From Chthoniobacteraceae bacterium (GTDB taxonomy: Bacteria > Verrucomicrobiota > Verrucomicrobiia > Chthoniobacterales > Chthoniobacteraceae), in NCBI GenBank assembly GCA_040081625.1, contig JBEBGD010000028.1, forward strand, positions 1 through 54,938: a DNA stretch of 54,938 nt, given 5' to 3'. Of this stretch, positions 28,382 to 38,816 are shown piece after piece (position 1 is the stretch's first letter; the number at the start of each line of letters is the position of its first letter). Below the pieces are notes generated by a model that ran no database searches, was not told the origin of the DNA, and saw only the letters and a program-made list of their open reading frames with translations. The position numbers and the translations under genes were made by a program.

Positions 28382-29413
28382 ATGGATTGGATCAAGAAAA
28401 ACTACGACCGATTCGCGCTGGCAGTGCTCGCCGCGGCCTTGATTGGAGTGGCTGCGCTGCTCTTCACGAACGTGAACACCTTTTCCGAGCAATTCGCCGA
28501 GGCGATGGCGCCGGTGATGAAGAACAACAAGATCGCCGAAGTCGATACGACCAAGATCGACGAAGCGAAGGAGCAGTTCGAAAAGCCGGCGCAGTGGACG
28601 CCGCGCCAGGAGGGGAAGGATCTGCTGCATAGCGGGCTGCTATTCACGGCCGAGCCGTATTACGTGAACAAATCCCGGATGCTGACCAAGCCGGGCTCCG
28701 ATTCGCTCTACAACGACTCGCTCACGGGCAAGCCGATGCCGAACGCTTGGTTCATGAAAAACAACCTCGCGCTGCTCGATCCGGCTGTGCAGTTTCTCGA
28801 TCCCGACAACGACGGCTTCCTCAACGAGGACGAGTGGCGCGCAAACACCGATCCGAACAAGCCCGACAGCCACCCATCCTACGAGTCGAAGCTCTTTCTC
28901 AAGGATTGGCTCAAGCAGCCGTTCCGGTTCAAATTCCAAGCCTACGACGGCGACCCGAAAAAGGACAAAGCGGAGGATATCACCTTCCAGATCAACCCTC
29001 TGGACGCCGGCGGCCGCACGAAGTTCCTAAAGATCGGCGAAATGATCGAGGGCACGAAGTTCAAGGTTTCGAAGTTTGAATTCAAAGAGGTTCCCAATCC
29101 CGGCACCGGCGACAGCAAGGAAGTTTCCGAACTGACGCTGACTCACGTCGAAACGAATGAAACCGTGCAGTTGATCTACAATCAGGTCACCGATTCACCC
29201 ACGCAGTTCGCGCAGCTCGAATACTTCTGGAAAAAGAAGCAAGGCGAAGCCGGACAGGTATTCGTCGTGCCGAAGTTCAAGGATTTCGTGCTTCTTCAGC
29301 CGAACCTCGACCCGAAACAGCTCTACAAACTCCTTGACGTAAATAACGACGGCGCGCTAATCCAGCGCCCCGACGGCGAGAAATACCAGGTGCCGCGATT
29401 CCCAAAAAAGTAG
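28382..29413 (+). CDS. Amuc_1099-family pilus system protein
   Basis: 'MDWIKKNYDR' plus TM, and Ca-binding-like 'DPDNDGFLNEDEW...TDPN...SHP'. Confidence 0.8.
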   Translation: MDWIKKNYDRFALAVLAAALIGVAALLFTNVNTFSEQFAEAMAPVMKNNKIAEVDTTKIDEAKEQFEKPAQWTPRQEGKDLLHSGLLFTAEPYYVNKSRMLTKPGSDSLYNDSLTGKPMPNAWFMKNNLALLDPAVQFLDPDNDGFLNEDEWRANTDPNKPDSHPSYESKLFLKDWLKQPFRFKFQAYDGDPKKDKAEDITFQINPLDAGGRTKFLKIGEMIEGTKFKVSKFEFKEVPNPGTGDSKEVSELTLTHVETNETVQLIYNQVTDSPTQFAQLEYFWKKKQGEAGQVFVVPKFKDFVLLQPNLDPKQLYKLLDVNNDGALIQRPDGEKYQVPRFPKK

Positions 29414-29506
29414 CACCTGATCCCGTCGCGCTCTGAGTGCAGAAATGCTGCTCCGATGGCGATGTGAATAGCCGTCCAATTTCCAACCAACCAAGCCAGC
29501 CAAGAA

Positions 29507-32164
29507 ATGATCAAATCCCCGCCAGCCCTTACCATTGCAGCCGTGCTCGGTCTCGCCTTGCAAGCGATGATACCCACTGCGGCACACGGCCAGAGCGCGC
29601 AGAGCGCTGCCGAGCGCGAGCAAGCCCGCCGCCGCGATTACGTGCGCCGTGGCGAGGACTCGCTCAAGACCGCCGGACAGGCGATGAAAGACAAGGACTA
29701 CGAGAAGGCCGTGTCCTTTTACAAACTGGCCTGCGACCTCGTCCCAAATTCGCCGAATACGCACGGCCTCTACGCCGAGGCGATCAGTGGCTTTTGCAAG
29801 TCGAGCGTCCGCTATGCCGAGCAGCGCATCGCCGAGGGGCGTTACGGCGACGCCCAGACCCAGCTCCAACTCGTGCTCGACGAGCGCTACAATCCGCGCT
29901 GCAAGGACGCGGTCGTGATCCTCTCGCGGCTCGAGACGCCCGGCTATTACAACCAGACCATCGGCCCGAAATTCCGCGGCAAGGTCGAGGAAGTGAAGAA
30001 GTTTCTGCTCGAGGCACAGGGCTTTGAAGAGTCGGGCCGCTGGGACATGGCGACCAAGCGGTATGATCAGGTGCTCAACCTCGATAAATACAACATCGCC
30101 GCCCGTGAGGGACAGGAGCGCGCGGCGCTTCAAAAGAACCAATACGGCGAAGTCGCCTACAACCAGACCCGTGGCGAGATGCTCTGGCAGGTGCAGGGCG
30201 CCTGGCAAAGGCCGGTGCGCAAATTCGCCGCACCGAATGAGACCTTCATCTACTCGACCGACACCGACGCCGCCGGCACCGCTCGCATCAACGCGAAGCT
30301 CCAGAAAATCATCATCCCAAAACTCGAACTGCGCGACGCGACGATCGTCGAGGCGCTCGAATTCCTGAAAAAGAAAAGCACCGAACTCGATACCGATCCG
30401 GATATCGCGCGCCGCGGCGTCAGCTTTGTGCTCAAGCTCGAAGGCAGCGGTGGTGGCGGCGGTGCGGCAGCATTCCAGCCGGCACCCATGGCGCCGGCCG
30501 CGCCCGCGATCCCGGGTCTCGAGGCGATTCCAGGTGCAGCTCCGGTGGCTCCGGTGGCGGTCGCCCCGGCGGCGCCTGTCGGTGGTGGCGTCTCGCCAGC
30601 CGATGCGCGCATCAGTGTCGCGCTGACAAATATCCCGCTGCTCGAAGCGCTTAAATACGTCACTTCGCTCGCGAACCTCAAATATAAGGTCGAGCCGTAT
30701 GCGGTCGCGGTCGTGCCGATGGGCGTGAGCACCGTCGAACTCATCCAGAAGGAATACAAAGTGCCGCCGGGATTTATCACGCGCATCAGCACCGGTGGTG
30801 GTGAAGCCGCCGGCGCGCTCGCGCCGCCGCCGCCGGGGGGCGGGGATGCCACCAGGGGTGGTGCCGCGATCACCGGCAAGATCGACGCGAATGAATTCCT
30901 CAAGACCAGTGGCGTGACCTTCCCCGAGGGCGCGACGGCCATTTACATCCCGATCAGCAGCCGCCTGATCGTGCGCAACACACAGGAGAATCTCGACCTC
31001 ATCGACCAACTCGTGCAGGCCTTCAGCGTCGGCGGACCGACGCAGGTCGAGATCGAGGCGAAGTTCGTCGAGATCACGCAGCAGAACCTCAAGGAGTTGA
31101 GCTTCGACTGGCTGCTCGGCCAATCCAACGTGCCCGGGGGACAAAAGATATTCAGCGGCGGCGGCACATCCGGCAATACACCGCAATTGGCCCCGGCAGA
31201 CTTTGGTTTCGTCGCGCCCGGCGGCACGCCCGTCGGGGCGAACCCCGTCACTGGCGGCAATCGCAGCGGCAATCTCGCGATCAGCGCCAACGCCATCGAT
31301 TCACTGCTCTTCGGTCGTGCCGGAGCATCGGCGCTCGCGCCCGGTGTGCTCTCGCTCGCCGGAGTCTTCACCGATCCGGCATTCCAGGTCGTCGTGCGCG
31401 CGCTCAATCAGCAGAAAGGTGTGGACCTCCTCTCCGCGCCGCGGGTCACTACCAAGAGCGGCAACCGTGCGGTCATCGAGATCATCCGCGAGTTCCGTTA
31501 CCCGACTGAATTCGATCCGCCGCAGATCCCGCAAAACTTTGGCAACACCGGAAACGGTGGTGGCGGCGGCGCCGGCGTAACCGTCAACCTGCCCGGATCC
31601 TTCCCCGTTACGCCCACGACACCGACCGCATTCGAGACGCGCAACACCGGTGTGACGCTCGAAGTCGAGCCGGTTGTCGGCCCGGATGGCTACACGATCG
31701 ATCTCAATCTCGCGCCGCAGGTCGTCGAGTTCGAAGGCTTCATCAACTACGGCAGCCCGATCACTTCGTCCGGCGTGAATATTCTGACCGGCGCAACGAC
31801 GCAGAACGTCATCACGCCGAACGTCATCAATCAGCCGATCTTCAGCACGCGCAAGGTCACCACCAGCGTGAGCATCTTCGACGGTCAGACCGTCGTGCTC
31901 GGCGGCCTCATGCGCGAAGACGTGCAGAAGGTCGAGGACAAGACTCCGTTTCTCGGCGACATCCCGCTCATCGGCCGACTTTTCCGTTCGAGTGTGGATC
32001 AGCACCTCAAGCGCAACCTCGTCATCTTCGTCTCCGCACGCCTGATGAATCCCGCCGGCGAACCCGTCCGCAGCGACGAGGAAGCCGAGGAGGAATTCGT
32101 GCCGCAGCCGCCGCCAGAGGCCGTGTCGCCGCTGCCGGACCTGCCGTTGATGCCGAAGCGATAA
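29507..32164 (+). CDS. Type II/IV secretin with N-terminal TPR-like region (Amuc_1098 family)
   Basis: 'QVEIEAKFVEI', 'LLSAPRVTT', 'GVTLEVEP', 'DGQTVVLGGL', 'KTPFLGDIPLIGRLFRS', 'LVIFVS'. Confidence 0.93.
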   Translation: MIKSPPALTIAAVLGLALQAMIPTAAHGQSAQSAAEREQARRRDYVRRGEDSLKTAGQAMKDKDYEKAVSFYKLACDLVPNSPNTHGLYAEAISGFCKSSVRYAEQRIAEGRYGDAQTQLQLVLDERYNPRCKDAVVILSRLETPGYYNQTIGPKFRGKVEEVKKFLLEAQGFEESGRWDMATKRYDQVLNLDKYNIAAREGQERAALQKNQYGEVAYNQTRGEMLWQVQGAWQRPVRKFAAPNETFIYSTDTDAAGTARINAKLQKIIIPKLELRDATIVEALEFLKKKSTELDTDPDIARRGVSFVLKLEGSGGGGGAAAFQPAPMAPAAPAIPGLEAIPGAAPVAPVAVAPAAPVGGGVSPADARISVALTNIPLLEALKYVTSLANLKYKVEPYAVAVVPMGVSTVELIQKEYKVPPGFITRISTGGGEAAGALAPPPPGGGDATRGGAAITGKIDANEFLKTSGVTFPEGATAIYIPISSRLIVRNTQENLDLIDQLVQAFSVGGPTQVEIEAKFVEITQQNLKELSFDWLLGQSNVPGGQKIFSGGGTSGNTPQLAPADFGFVAPGGTPVGANPVTGGNRSGNLAISANAIDSLLFGRAGASALAPGVLSLAGVFTDPAFQVVVRALNQQKGVDLLSAPRVTTKSGNRAVIEIIREFRYPTEFDPPQIPQNFGNTGNGGGGGAGVTVNLPGSFPVTPTTPTAFETRNTGVTLEVEPVVGPDGYTIDLNLAPQVVEFEGFINYGSPITSSGVNILTGATTQNVITPNVINQPIFSTRKVTTSVSIFDGQTVVLGGLMREDVQKVEDKTPFLGDIPLIGRLFRSSVDQHLKRNLVIFVSARLMNPAGEPVRSDEEAEEEFVPQPPPEAVSPLPDLPLMPKR

Positions 32165-32168
32165 GGCG

Positions 32169-32771
32169 GTGCCAGCGATCGGCATCACGGGCGGAGTGGC
32201 GACCGGAAAGTCGTCCTTCGTCCGGGCTCTGCTGGAGCATCTGCCCGCCGGGAGCTTCGACGCTGATCGTTGCGTTCACGAACTGCTCGCGGGCGACTCC
32301 CAGTTGCACGCGGAAATTCGCGCTGCATTTGGCGAGGCGGTCATGTCTGCCGATGGCACCCTCGATCGCGTCGCGTTGAGGGAGATCGTCTTCCGCGATG
32401 AAGACGCGCGCCGCAGGCTTGAGCGATTGATCCACCCGCGCGTGCGCGCAATCTGGCAACCGCAGGCCGCTGCGAACAGGGGGCCGGGCCCCATTCACCT
32501 TTTCGACATTCCGCTGCTCTATGAAACCCACATCGAGTCCGAATTTGACCGCGTGCTCGTCGTCGCCTGCTCGCCGGAAATCCAACGCCGGCGCCTTCGA
32601 GAAAATCGCGGCCTTGCGCTGGAGCTGATTGAGCGCATGATAAGCGCCCAATCGGACCTTCTGGCGAAGGCTGCCCGTGCGGACCATGTCGTTTGGAACG
32701 ACGGTTCGCCCACCGCGCTCGACGCGCAGGCCCGTCTTTTCGCCGCTTACCTTCGAGAAAATTATGGATGA
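32169..32771 (+). CDS. coaE: Dephospho-CoA kinase
   Basis: IGITGGVATGKS, DAD, 'LDR..L...VF', 'IHP', 'DIPLLYE'. Confidence 0.95.
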   Translation: MPAIGITGGVATGKSSFVRALLEHLPAGSFDADRCVHELLAGDSQLHAEIRAAFGEAVMSADGTLDRVALREIVFRDEDARRRLERLIHPRVRAIWQPQAAANRGPGPIHLFDIPLLYETHIESEFDRVLVVACSPEIQRRRLRENRGLALELIERMISAQSDLLAKAARADHVVWNDGSPTALDAQARLFAAYLRENYG

Positions 32772-34104
32772 ACCCACAAACGTGACCGCCGCTGAAACCG
32801 GCCAAGCCGTCGCCACCGCACCGCCGCCCAGCGTGCCCAAGGAGCTTTGGATCGACGAACTCAACGCCGCGCCGTTCAACGAACTGCTCGAGCGGGCCGA
32901 CGCGCTCAACGTCCGGGTCAATCCAGACAAGTCGCGGCATCACATCGTCTTCGACCTCCTGCGCGCGCACGCGCAACTCGGTTCGACGCTCTTCGCCGAG
33001 GGCGTCCTCGAGCTCAGCCAGAACGGCAGTTCCGGCTTCCTGCGCTGGCCGCGCTTCAACTTCAAGACGCTGCCGCAGGACGTTCAGGTGCCCGCGGAAT
33101 TCGTCCGCCAGTTTGCGCTGCGCAATGGCAACTCATTCGCCTGCCGGCTGCGCCTTCCGCGCGATCACCGCGAGCGCAATCTCCTCGTCGATCAGATCCT
33201 CACCATCGAAGGCATCCCCTCCGGCGAGTGGCGCGAGACCATCGAGTTCGACAAGCTCACCGCGATGCACCCGGACCAGCGCATCGTGCTCGAGAACCTC
33301 AAGCTCAACTCGGTCACCGCGCGCGCCATCGACATGATCGCCCCGCTCGGCCACGGCCAGCGCGGACTCATCATCGCCCCGCCGCGCGTCGGCAAGACGG
33401 TGATGCTCAAGGAAATCGCAAAGGCCATCAGCGCGAACAGCCCGGAGACGAAGCTCATCCTGCTCCTCGTCGATGAGCGCCCGGAGGAAGTCACCGACTT
33501 CCGGCGCTCGCTCAGCAACGTGGAAATCTACGCGTCCACCTTCGACGAAAGTCCGCAGCGCCACACCCAGCTCTCCGAACTGGTGAGCGACCGCGCCAAG
33601 CGCTGCGTCGAGCTTGGAAAAAAAGTCGTCATCCTCCTCGACTCGATTACGCGCCTTTCGCGCGGCTACAACAACCTCGCGCCCGGCAAGGGCCGGCTCA
33701 TGTCCGGTGGCGTGGATACAAAGGCGTTGATCAAGCCGAAGAAATTCTTCAGCGCCGCGCGCAACACCGAGGAAGGCGGCGCGCTCACCGTGCTCGCGAC
33801 CTGCCTCGTCGAGACCAACAGCAAAGCCGACGACCTCATCTTCGAGGAATACAAAGGCACCGGGAACATGGAGATCCGGCTCGACCGCTCGCTCGGCGAC
33901 AAGCGCATCTTCCCTGCAATCAGCATCCCGCTGTCCGCCACGCGCCGCGACGACCTGCTCTACCACGCAAAGGAATTCGACAAGGTGAACATCCTGCGCA
34001 AACAACTCGCCGCGCTGCCGCCCTTCGAGGCGACCGAAGTCCTCATCCACGCACTCAAGTCCACGCACTCGAACGCCGAGCTGCTGCTGACTGGCCTTCG
34101 CTGA
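32764..34104 (+). CDS. rho: Transcription termination factor Rho
   Basis: EGVLE...GFLR OB domain, GQRGLIIAPPRVGKT, DERPEEVTD, LDSITRL, KGTGNME. Confidence 0.93.
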   Translation: MDEPTNVTAAETGQAVATAPPPSVPKELWIDELNAAPFNELLERADALNVRVNPDKSRHHIVFDLLRAHAQLGSTLFAEGVLELSQNGSSGFLRWPRFNFKTLPQDVQVPAEFVRQFALRNGNSFACRLRLPRDHRERNLLVDQILTIEGIPSGEWRETIEFDKLTAMHPDQRIVLENLKLNSVTARAIDMIAPLGHGQRGLIIAPPRVGKTVMLKEIAKAISANSPETKLILLLVDERPEEVTDFRRSLSNVEIYASTFDESPQRHTQLSELVSDRAKRCVELGKKVVILLDSITRLSRGYNNLAPGKGRLMSGGVDTKALIKPKKFFSAARNTEEGGALTVLATCLVETNSKADDLIFEEYKGTGNMEIRLDRSLGDKRIFPAISIPLSATRRDDLLYHAKEFDKVNILRKQLAALPPFEATEVLIHALKSTHSNAELLLTGLR

Positions 34105-34107
34105 TTC

Positions 34108-35184
34108 GTGTCAGCCGCACCGCAGGCTCCCTTCATCGTCACTCCCGCGGGGCTCGAAAGAGTCCTGCCCGTGCTCGCGCCGCATACGCGGCTCGCGGTC
34201 GATACCGAAGCCGACAGCCTCCACTGCTATTTTGAAAAACTCTGCCTCGTGCAGCTCAGCGTGCCCGATGCCGATTGGCTCGTTGATCCGCTCGCCGGCT
34301 TTTCGCTCGATCCGTTGTTCGCCGCATTCACCGGCAAGGAGCTGATCTTTCACGGTGCCGATTACGACCTGCGCCTGCTCCGGCGCGTCGGCTACGCGGG
34401 CCCGACTCGCATCTTCGACACGATGATCGCCGCTCGGCTTTGCAGCGTCCCCGAGTTCAGCCTCGCTGCGCTGCTCAAGAAACACTTCGGCATCGACGTT
34501 CCCAAGTCCTCGCAGAAAGCAAATTGGGCGCGGCGCCCGCTGCCTCCGGCCATGCTCAGCTACGCCGTTACCGACACGTGCTACCTTCATCGCCTCGCTG
34601 AAATCTACGAGGCCGAGTTGCGCATGCTCGGACGCACGGCGTGGTTCGAGCAGTCATGCGAGCGCGCCATCCGTGCGACGGAATCGAGCAAGGAGCGCGA
34701 TGGCGAGGAGGCGTGGCGCATCACGGGCAGCGGACAATTGCGCGGCCACACCGCGGCGATCCTGCGCGAGCTGTGGCGCTGGCGCGACGAGGAAGCGCGC
34801 CGCATCGACAAACCCAGCTTCCACATCCTGCACAATCACCAGCTCGTTCAGGCCGCGATCGATCTTCATGCGGGTCGTTCGGTGCAGTTCAGTCATCTTC
34901 GCTCGGGCAGGCTCCAGCGATTCGATGAGGCGGTCGTGCGGGCGCTTGCGATACCCGAGAGTGAGTGGCCGGTCGTCGTTCGCAATTCGCGCCAGCGCCC
35001 GAGCCGCGAGGACGAGGAGAAGATGCACGCCATCAAGGCGCGGCGCGACGTGCTCGCCGCTGACCTGCACCTCGATCCGTCCCTGATCGCACCGAAAGCC
35101 GCGATCGAGGGACTCGTGCTGCGGCCGGAAGAAGCAATCGAGCGCCTGATGCCCTGGCAACGCGAGTTGCTCGCTCTCGGCTGA
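34108..35184 (+). CDS. rnd: Ribonuclease D (3'-5' exonuclease plus HRDC)
   Basis: AVDTEADSLHCY, HGADYD, FDTMIAARL, NWARRPL, YAVTD, and HRDC 'LWRWRDEEARR.D.P'. Confidence 0.88.
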   Translation: MSAAPQAPFIVTPAGLERVLPVLAPHTRLAVDTEADSLHCYFEKLCLVQLSVPDADWLVDPLAGFSLDPLFAAFTGKELIFHGADYDLRLLRRVGYAGPTRIFDTMIAARLCSVPEFSLAALLKKHFGIDVPKSSQKANWARRPLPPAMLSYAVTDTCYLHRLAEIYEAELRMLGRTAWFEQSCERAIRATESSKERDGEEAWRITGSGQLRGHTAAILRELWRWRDEEARRIDKPSFHILHNHQLVQAAIDLHAGRSVQFSHLRSGRLQRFDEAVVRALAIPESEWPVVVRNSRQRPSREDEEKMHAIKARRDVLAADLHLDPSLIAPKAAIEGLVLRPEEAIERLMPWQRELLALG

Positions 35185-35193
35185 ATCCGGCCT

Positions 35194-35222
35194 TTGCGGG
35201 CGCGGTCTCGCACCGCTAGCCT
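35194..35222 (+). promoter_or_regulatory. Sigma70-like promoter, 11 nt before the ccsA ATG
   Basis: TTGCGG-N17-TAGCCT. Confidence 0.5.
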
Positions 35223-35233
35223 GCTCCTCCGCG

Positions 35234-36028
35234 ATGGATCGCCTCTTCCTCGTCGCTTCCACATTTTGTTTCCTGCTCGGCTTCGCTTGCTCGATGCACG
35301 CGCTCGGCGCGCGAGTGTATCGGCGCTCGCGCTTGAACCTGTTCGCGATCGCGGGCGGCTTCGGCTTCCAGACCGCATTTCTCTACCTGCGCGGCGAAGT
35401 GATCGGGCGTTGTCCGCTGACGAATCTCTTCGAAGTCTTCATCTTCCTCGCGTGGGCGATGGTGCTTTTCTATCTGCTCATCGGGCCGGCTTACCGGCTC
35501 TCGCTGCTCGGCGTGTTCACTTCGCCGCTCGTCTTCGTCCTCCAGAGCGCCGCGCTGCTCGTCCCGGGACTCGACAAATCCGTGCCCGCGAAAATAGTCG
35601 TCAACGCGTGGATGGAACTGCACGCCGCCGTCTCGATCCTCGCGTATGGAGCGTTCGCCTTGGCCGGCATCGCGGGCGTCATGTATCTGCTGCAGGAGCG
35701 CCAGCTCAAGACTCACCACCTGCGCTCGATCTTCTTTCACCTTCCGCCGATTCACGATCTCGCGGTCGCAAACCGTCGGCTGATCCTCACCGGCTTCCTG
35801 CTCCTCACGGTCGGCATTGCTGCGGGCTTTGCTGTGGGCGGGTTGGCGTCTCACCTCGTAAAGATCACGTGGTCCGTCGGCGTGTGGGCGCTCTACGGCT
35901 TCATCCTCGTCGCCGAAAACCTGCATCGGCTCAGTCCGCGGCGCGGCGCGTGGCTGTCGGTCGTCGCGCTCGCCGTCGTCCTCAGCACGCTGTGGGGCAT
36001 CCGGTTCATCGATCAAGGAACCGTCTAG
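35234..36028 (+). CDS. CcsA/HemX-like cytochrome c assembly membrane protein
   Basis: About 8 TM helices, 'CPLTNLFE', 'W.ELHAA...LAYGAF', 'MYLLQERQLK'. Directly upstream of hemA. Confidence 0.85.
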   Translation: MDRLFLVASTFCFLLGFACSMHALGARVYRRSRLNLFAIAGGFGFQTAFLYLRGEVIGRCPLTNLFEVFIFLAWAMVLFYLLIGPAYRLSLLGVFTSPLVFVLQSAALLVPGLDKSVPAKIVVNAWMELHAAVSILAYGAFALAGIAGVMYLLQERQLKTHHLRSIFFHLPPIHDLAVANRRLILTGFLLLTVGIAAGFAVGGLASHLVKITWSVGVWALYGFILVAENLHRLSPRRGAWLSVVALAVVLSTLWGIRFIDQGTV

Positions 36029-36030
36029 CG

Positions 36031-37086
36031 ATGGAGATCGTCTGCCTCGGCCTCAGTCACCACACGGCACCGGTCGAAGTGCGCGAGAGATTCGCCGTGC
36101 CCGATCACGCCGTCGCCACATCCGCCGTGGAGCTCACGCGGCAGCCCGGCGTGGTCGAGGCGCTGATCGTCTCGACATGCAACCGCGTCGAGTATTACGC
36201 CGCCGCGGAGAAATCCGACGACGCCTACGACGCGCTCTCCCGCTTCATCGCCGCGCGCGCCGGCGATCCGACGGCCGACGCGTTCTTTTTCCACGCCTCG
36301 CCGCGAAGCGTGCAGCATCTCTTCCGCGTAGTCTCGGGGTTGGACTCGATGGTGCTCGGCGAGACGGAAATCCTCGGCCAGATGAAGAAGGCGTATCAGG
36401 CTGCGCACGCGGCGGGCGCGACCGGACGGCATTTAAACAAGCTCTTTCAGCGCGCCTTCAACGTCGCGAAGGAAGTCCGCACGAACACGAACATCACGCG
36501 CGGCTCGGTCAGCGTCGGCTCCGTCGCGGTCGAGCTCGCGGAGCGGATCTTCGGCCGCCTTGCCGAGTGCCACGTGATGATCCTCGGCGCGGGCGAGACG
36601 AGCGAACTGACCGCCGGCGCGCTCCAGGCGCGTGGCGTGAAGGCGATCTTCGTGGCGAACCGCACCTACGACCGCGCCGCCGAGCTCGCGGCGAAGATGG
36701 GCGGCAGGGCGATCCACTTTGACGAATGGGCCGCCGACTTTCACGAGGTGGACATCCTCATCGGCTCGACGGCATCTCCGCATCCGGTCGTTACGGTCGA
36801 GAAGCTCGCACCGCTCATGCGCTCGCGTCAGGATCGTCCGCTCTTCTGCATCGACCTCGCTGTGCCGCGCGACTTCGAAGCTGCGGTGAACGATCTCGAA
36901 GGCGTGTATCTTTACGACATCGACTCGCTCCAGCAGATCGCCGACAGGTCGATGGCGGTGCGCCAGCAGGAAGTGATCGTGTGCGAGCAGCTCATCGAGC
37001 GGCACGTCGTGGAGTTTGGCCAGTGGCTCGCCGCCGGCCCGCGCCCGCCGGGGACGTTTCGCCCGCAGACGGAAGGAGCGAAATGA
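36031..37086 (+). CDS. hemA: Glutamyl-tRNA reductase
   Basis: GLSHHTAPVEVRE, STCNRVE, GLDSMVLGETEILGQ, GAGET, DLAVPRD. Confidence 0.96.
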   Translation: MEIVCLGLSHHTAPVEVRERFAVPDHAVATSAVELTRQPGVVEALIVSTCNRVEYYAAAEKSDDAYDALSRFIAARAGDPTADAFFFHASPRSVQHLFRVVSGLDSMVLGETEILGQMKKAYQAAHAAGATGRHLNKLFQRAFNVAKEVRTNTNITRGSVSVGSVAVELAERIFGRLAECHVMILGAGETSELTAGALQARGVKAIFVANRTYDRAAELAAKMGGRAIHFDEWAADFHEVDILIGSTASPHPVVTVEKLAPLMRSRQDRPLFCIDLAVPRDFEAAVNDLEGVYLYDIDSLQQIADRSMAVRQQEVIVCEQLIERHVVEFGQWLAAGPRPPGTFRPQTEGAK

Positions 37087-37997
37087 GCGCGCTCATCCTT
37101 GGCACCCGCGGCTCGGCGCTCGCGCTTGCGCAGGCGGAACTCACGGAGGCCGCGCTCGTGGGTGTAAAAGTCGAGCGGCGCATTTTCACCACGCGCGGTG
37201 ATGTGAAGCTCGACCTCAGCCTTCTCCAGCGGGGCGAGGCGGGAGCGAAGGGACTCTTCACCAAGGAGCTTGAGGACGCGCTACTCGCGGGTGCGATCGA
37301 CGTGGCGGTTCACAGCCTCAAGGATTTGCCGGGCCATCAGCCGGACGGATTGCAGCTCACTGCCGTCCTCGAACGCGCGCCGACCGCGGACACGCTCGTC
37401 ACGCGCGAGCCGCTCGTGCTCGCGACGCTTCCGCACGGCGCACGTGTCGGCACGAGCAGTGTGCGCCGCGCGCGGCAGGTGCGCTGGCTGCGGCCGGATC
37501 TCACGGTCGAAGACTGGCGCGGGAATGTGCCGAGCCGGCTTCGGAAATTTCGCGAACGCTACGAAATGGCGGCGATCATCCTCGCCGAGGCGGGCCTGCG
37601 GCGCCTCGGCTACGCGTTCGCCGATGGCCGCATGGCGAGCGCGGAAGGCGAGTTCTTCGCCACCTCCCTCGCGGACGATTTGCTTCCCGCGATCGGCCAG
37701 GGCGCTGTCGCCTTGCAGAGCCGCGTGGGCGACGAGCGGGTGAGTGCGCTGCTCGCCGCCATCAATCACGCGCCCACGTGGACCAGCATCCGCGCCGAGC
37801 GCGAACTCCAGCGCCTGCTTGCGGGAGATTGTTCGCTGCCGATTGGTGTGCGCTGCGTGCTCGATGGCGACCGCCTTGCGATGTCCGCCATCCTCTTCGG
37901 CGCCGGGAATCTGCCGCCGCTGCGTGCCGAAGCCAACGGCCCGGCGTCGGAGCCGGAGCGAATCGCGGCGGAAGTGTTTCGGCAGCTCTCGCGTTAA
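37083..37997 (+). CDS. hemC: Hydroxymethylbilane synthase
   Basis: GTRGSALALAQ, KGLFTKELE, AVHSLKDLP, GTSSVRR, RGNV, GDCSLPIG. Confidence 0.96.
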   Translation: MSALILGTRGSALALAQAELTEAALVGVKVERRIFTTRGDVKLDLSLLQRGEAGAKGLFTKELEDALLAGAIDVAVHSLKDLPGHQPDGLQLTAVLERAPTADTLVTREPLVLATLPHGARVGTSSVRRARQVRWLRPDLTVEDWRGNVPSRLRKFRERYEMAAIILAEAGLRRLGYAFADGRMASAEGEFFATSLADDLLPAIGQGAVALQSRVGDERVSALLAAINHAPTWTSIRAERELQRLLAGDCSLPIGVRCVLDGDRLAMSAILFGAGNLPPLRAEANGPASEPERIAAEVFRQLSR

Positions 37998-38036
37998 AAA
38001 ACAAACCCGCGGCGCCAACGATTGTGACGCCGCGGG
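37996..38036 (-). terminator. Intrinsic terminator downstream of sodA
   Basis: Hairpin cccgcggcg...cgccgcggg (38006-38036) followed on the minus strand by TTTGTTTTTT. Confidence 0.75.
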
Positions 38037-38058
38037 CCGTTCCGGAATTGTTCGCGGG

Positions 38059-38685
38059 TTACTTGAGCGCCGCCTGGTAATTCTCCTCGGCCTGCGCCCA
38101 GTTCAGCACGCTCCACCAGGCCTTCATGTAGTCGGGCCGGCGGTTCTGGTATTTGAGGTAGTAGGCGTGTTCCCACACGTCGAGGCCGATCACCGGCTTG
38201 CCGCCGCACCCGGCGACCGCGGCGCCCATGAGCGGGTTGTCCTGGTTGGCGGTCGAGCAGATTTCGAGTTTGCCGCCGTTCACGCAGAGCCACGCCCAGC
38301 CGGAGCCGAAGCGTCCCGCGCCTGCAGCTTCAAACTTCGCCTTGAAGTCATCGACGCTGCCGAAGCTCGCCTCGATCGCCTTCGCGAGGTCGCCGGCCGG
38401 CGCGCTGCCGCCCGGTTTCATCAGCTTCCAGAACATCGAGTGATTCACGTGGCCGCCGGCGTTGTTGCGCACGGGTCCGCGGATCGCGTCGGGCACGCCG
38501 GCGAGATTCTTGATGAGTTCCTCGGCGCTCTTGCCGGCGAGGTCGGGCGCGCTTTCGAGCGCCTTGTTGAGGTTGGTCACGTAAGCGTTGTGATGCTTGC
38601 CGTGGTGGATCTCCATGGTTTGCGCGTCGATGTGCGGTTCGAGGGCGTCCTTGGGATACGGGAGTGCGGGTAGTTCGTGGGCCAT
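38059..38685 (-). CDS. sodA: Superoxide dismutase, probably Mn type
   Basis: [39 protein letters not shown]. Confidence 0.93.
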   Translation of the reverse strand: MAHELPALPYPKDALEPHIDAQTMEIHHGKHHNAYVTNLNKALESAPDLAGKSAEELIKNLAGVPDAIRGPVRNNAGGHVNHSMFWKLMKPGGSAPAGDLAKAIEASFGSVDDFKAKFEAAGAGRFGSGWAWLCVNGGKLEICSTANQDNPLMGAAVAGCGGKPVIGLDVWEHAYYLKYQNRRPDYMKAWWSVLNWAQAEENYQAALK

Positions 38686-38816
38686 AATGGTCGGTGTTGA
38701 ATAGAGTGAGCAGCGAGAATGGCAACGTCGCTCGCGGCGTGGGAAGCGGAAAGTTCCCGGCGGCTGCGGAGTTTTCACTTTCCACGCTTCGGCTTCGGCT
38801 TTCCAGTGCGCGCTCA

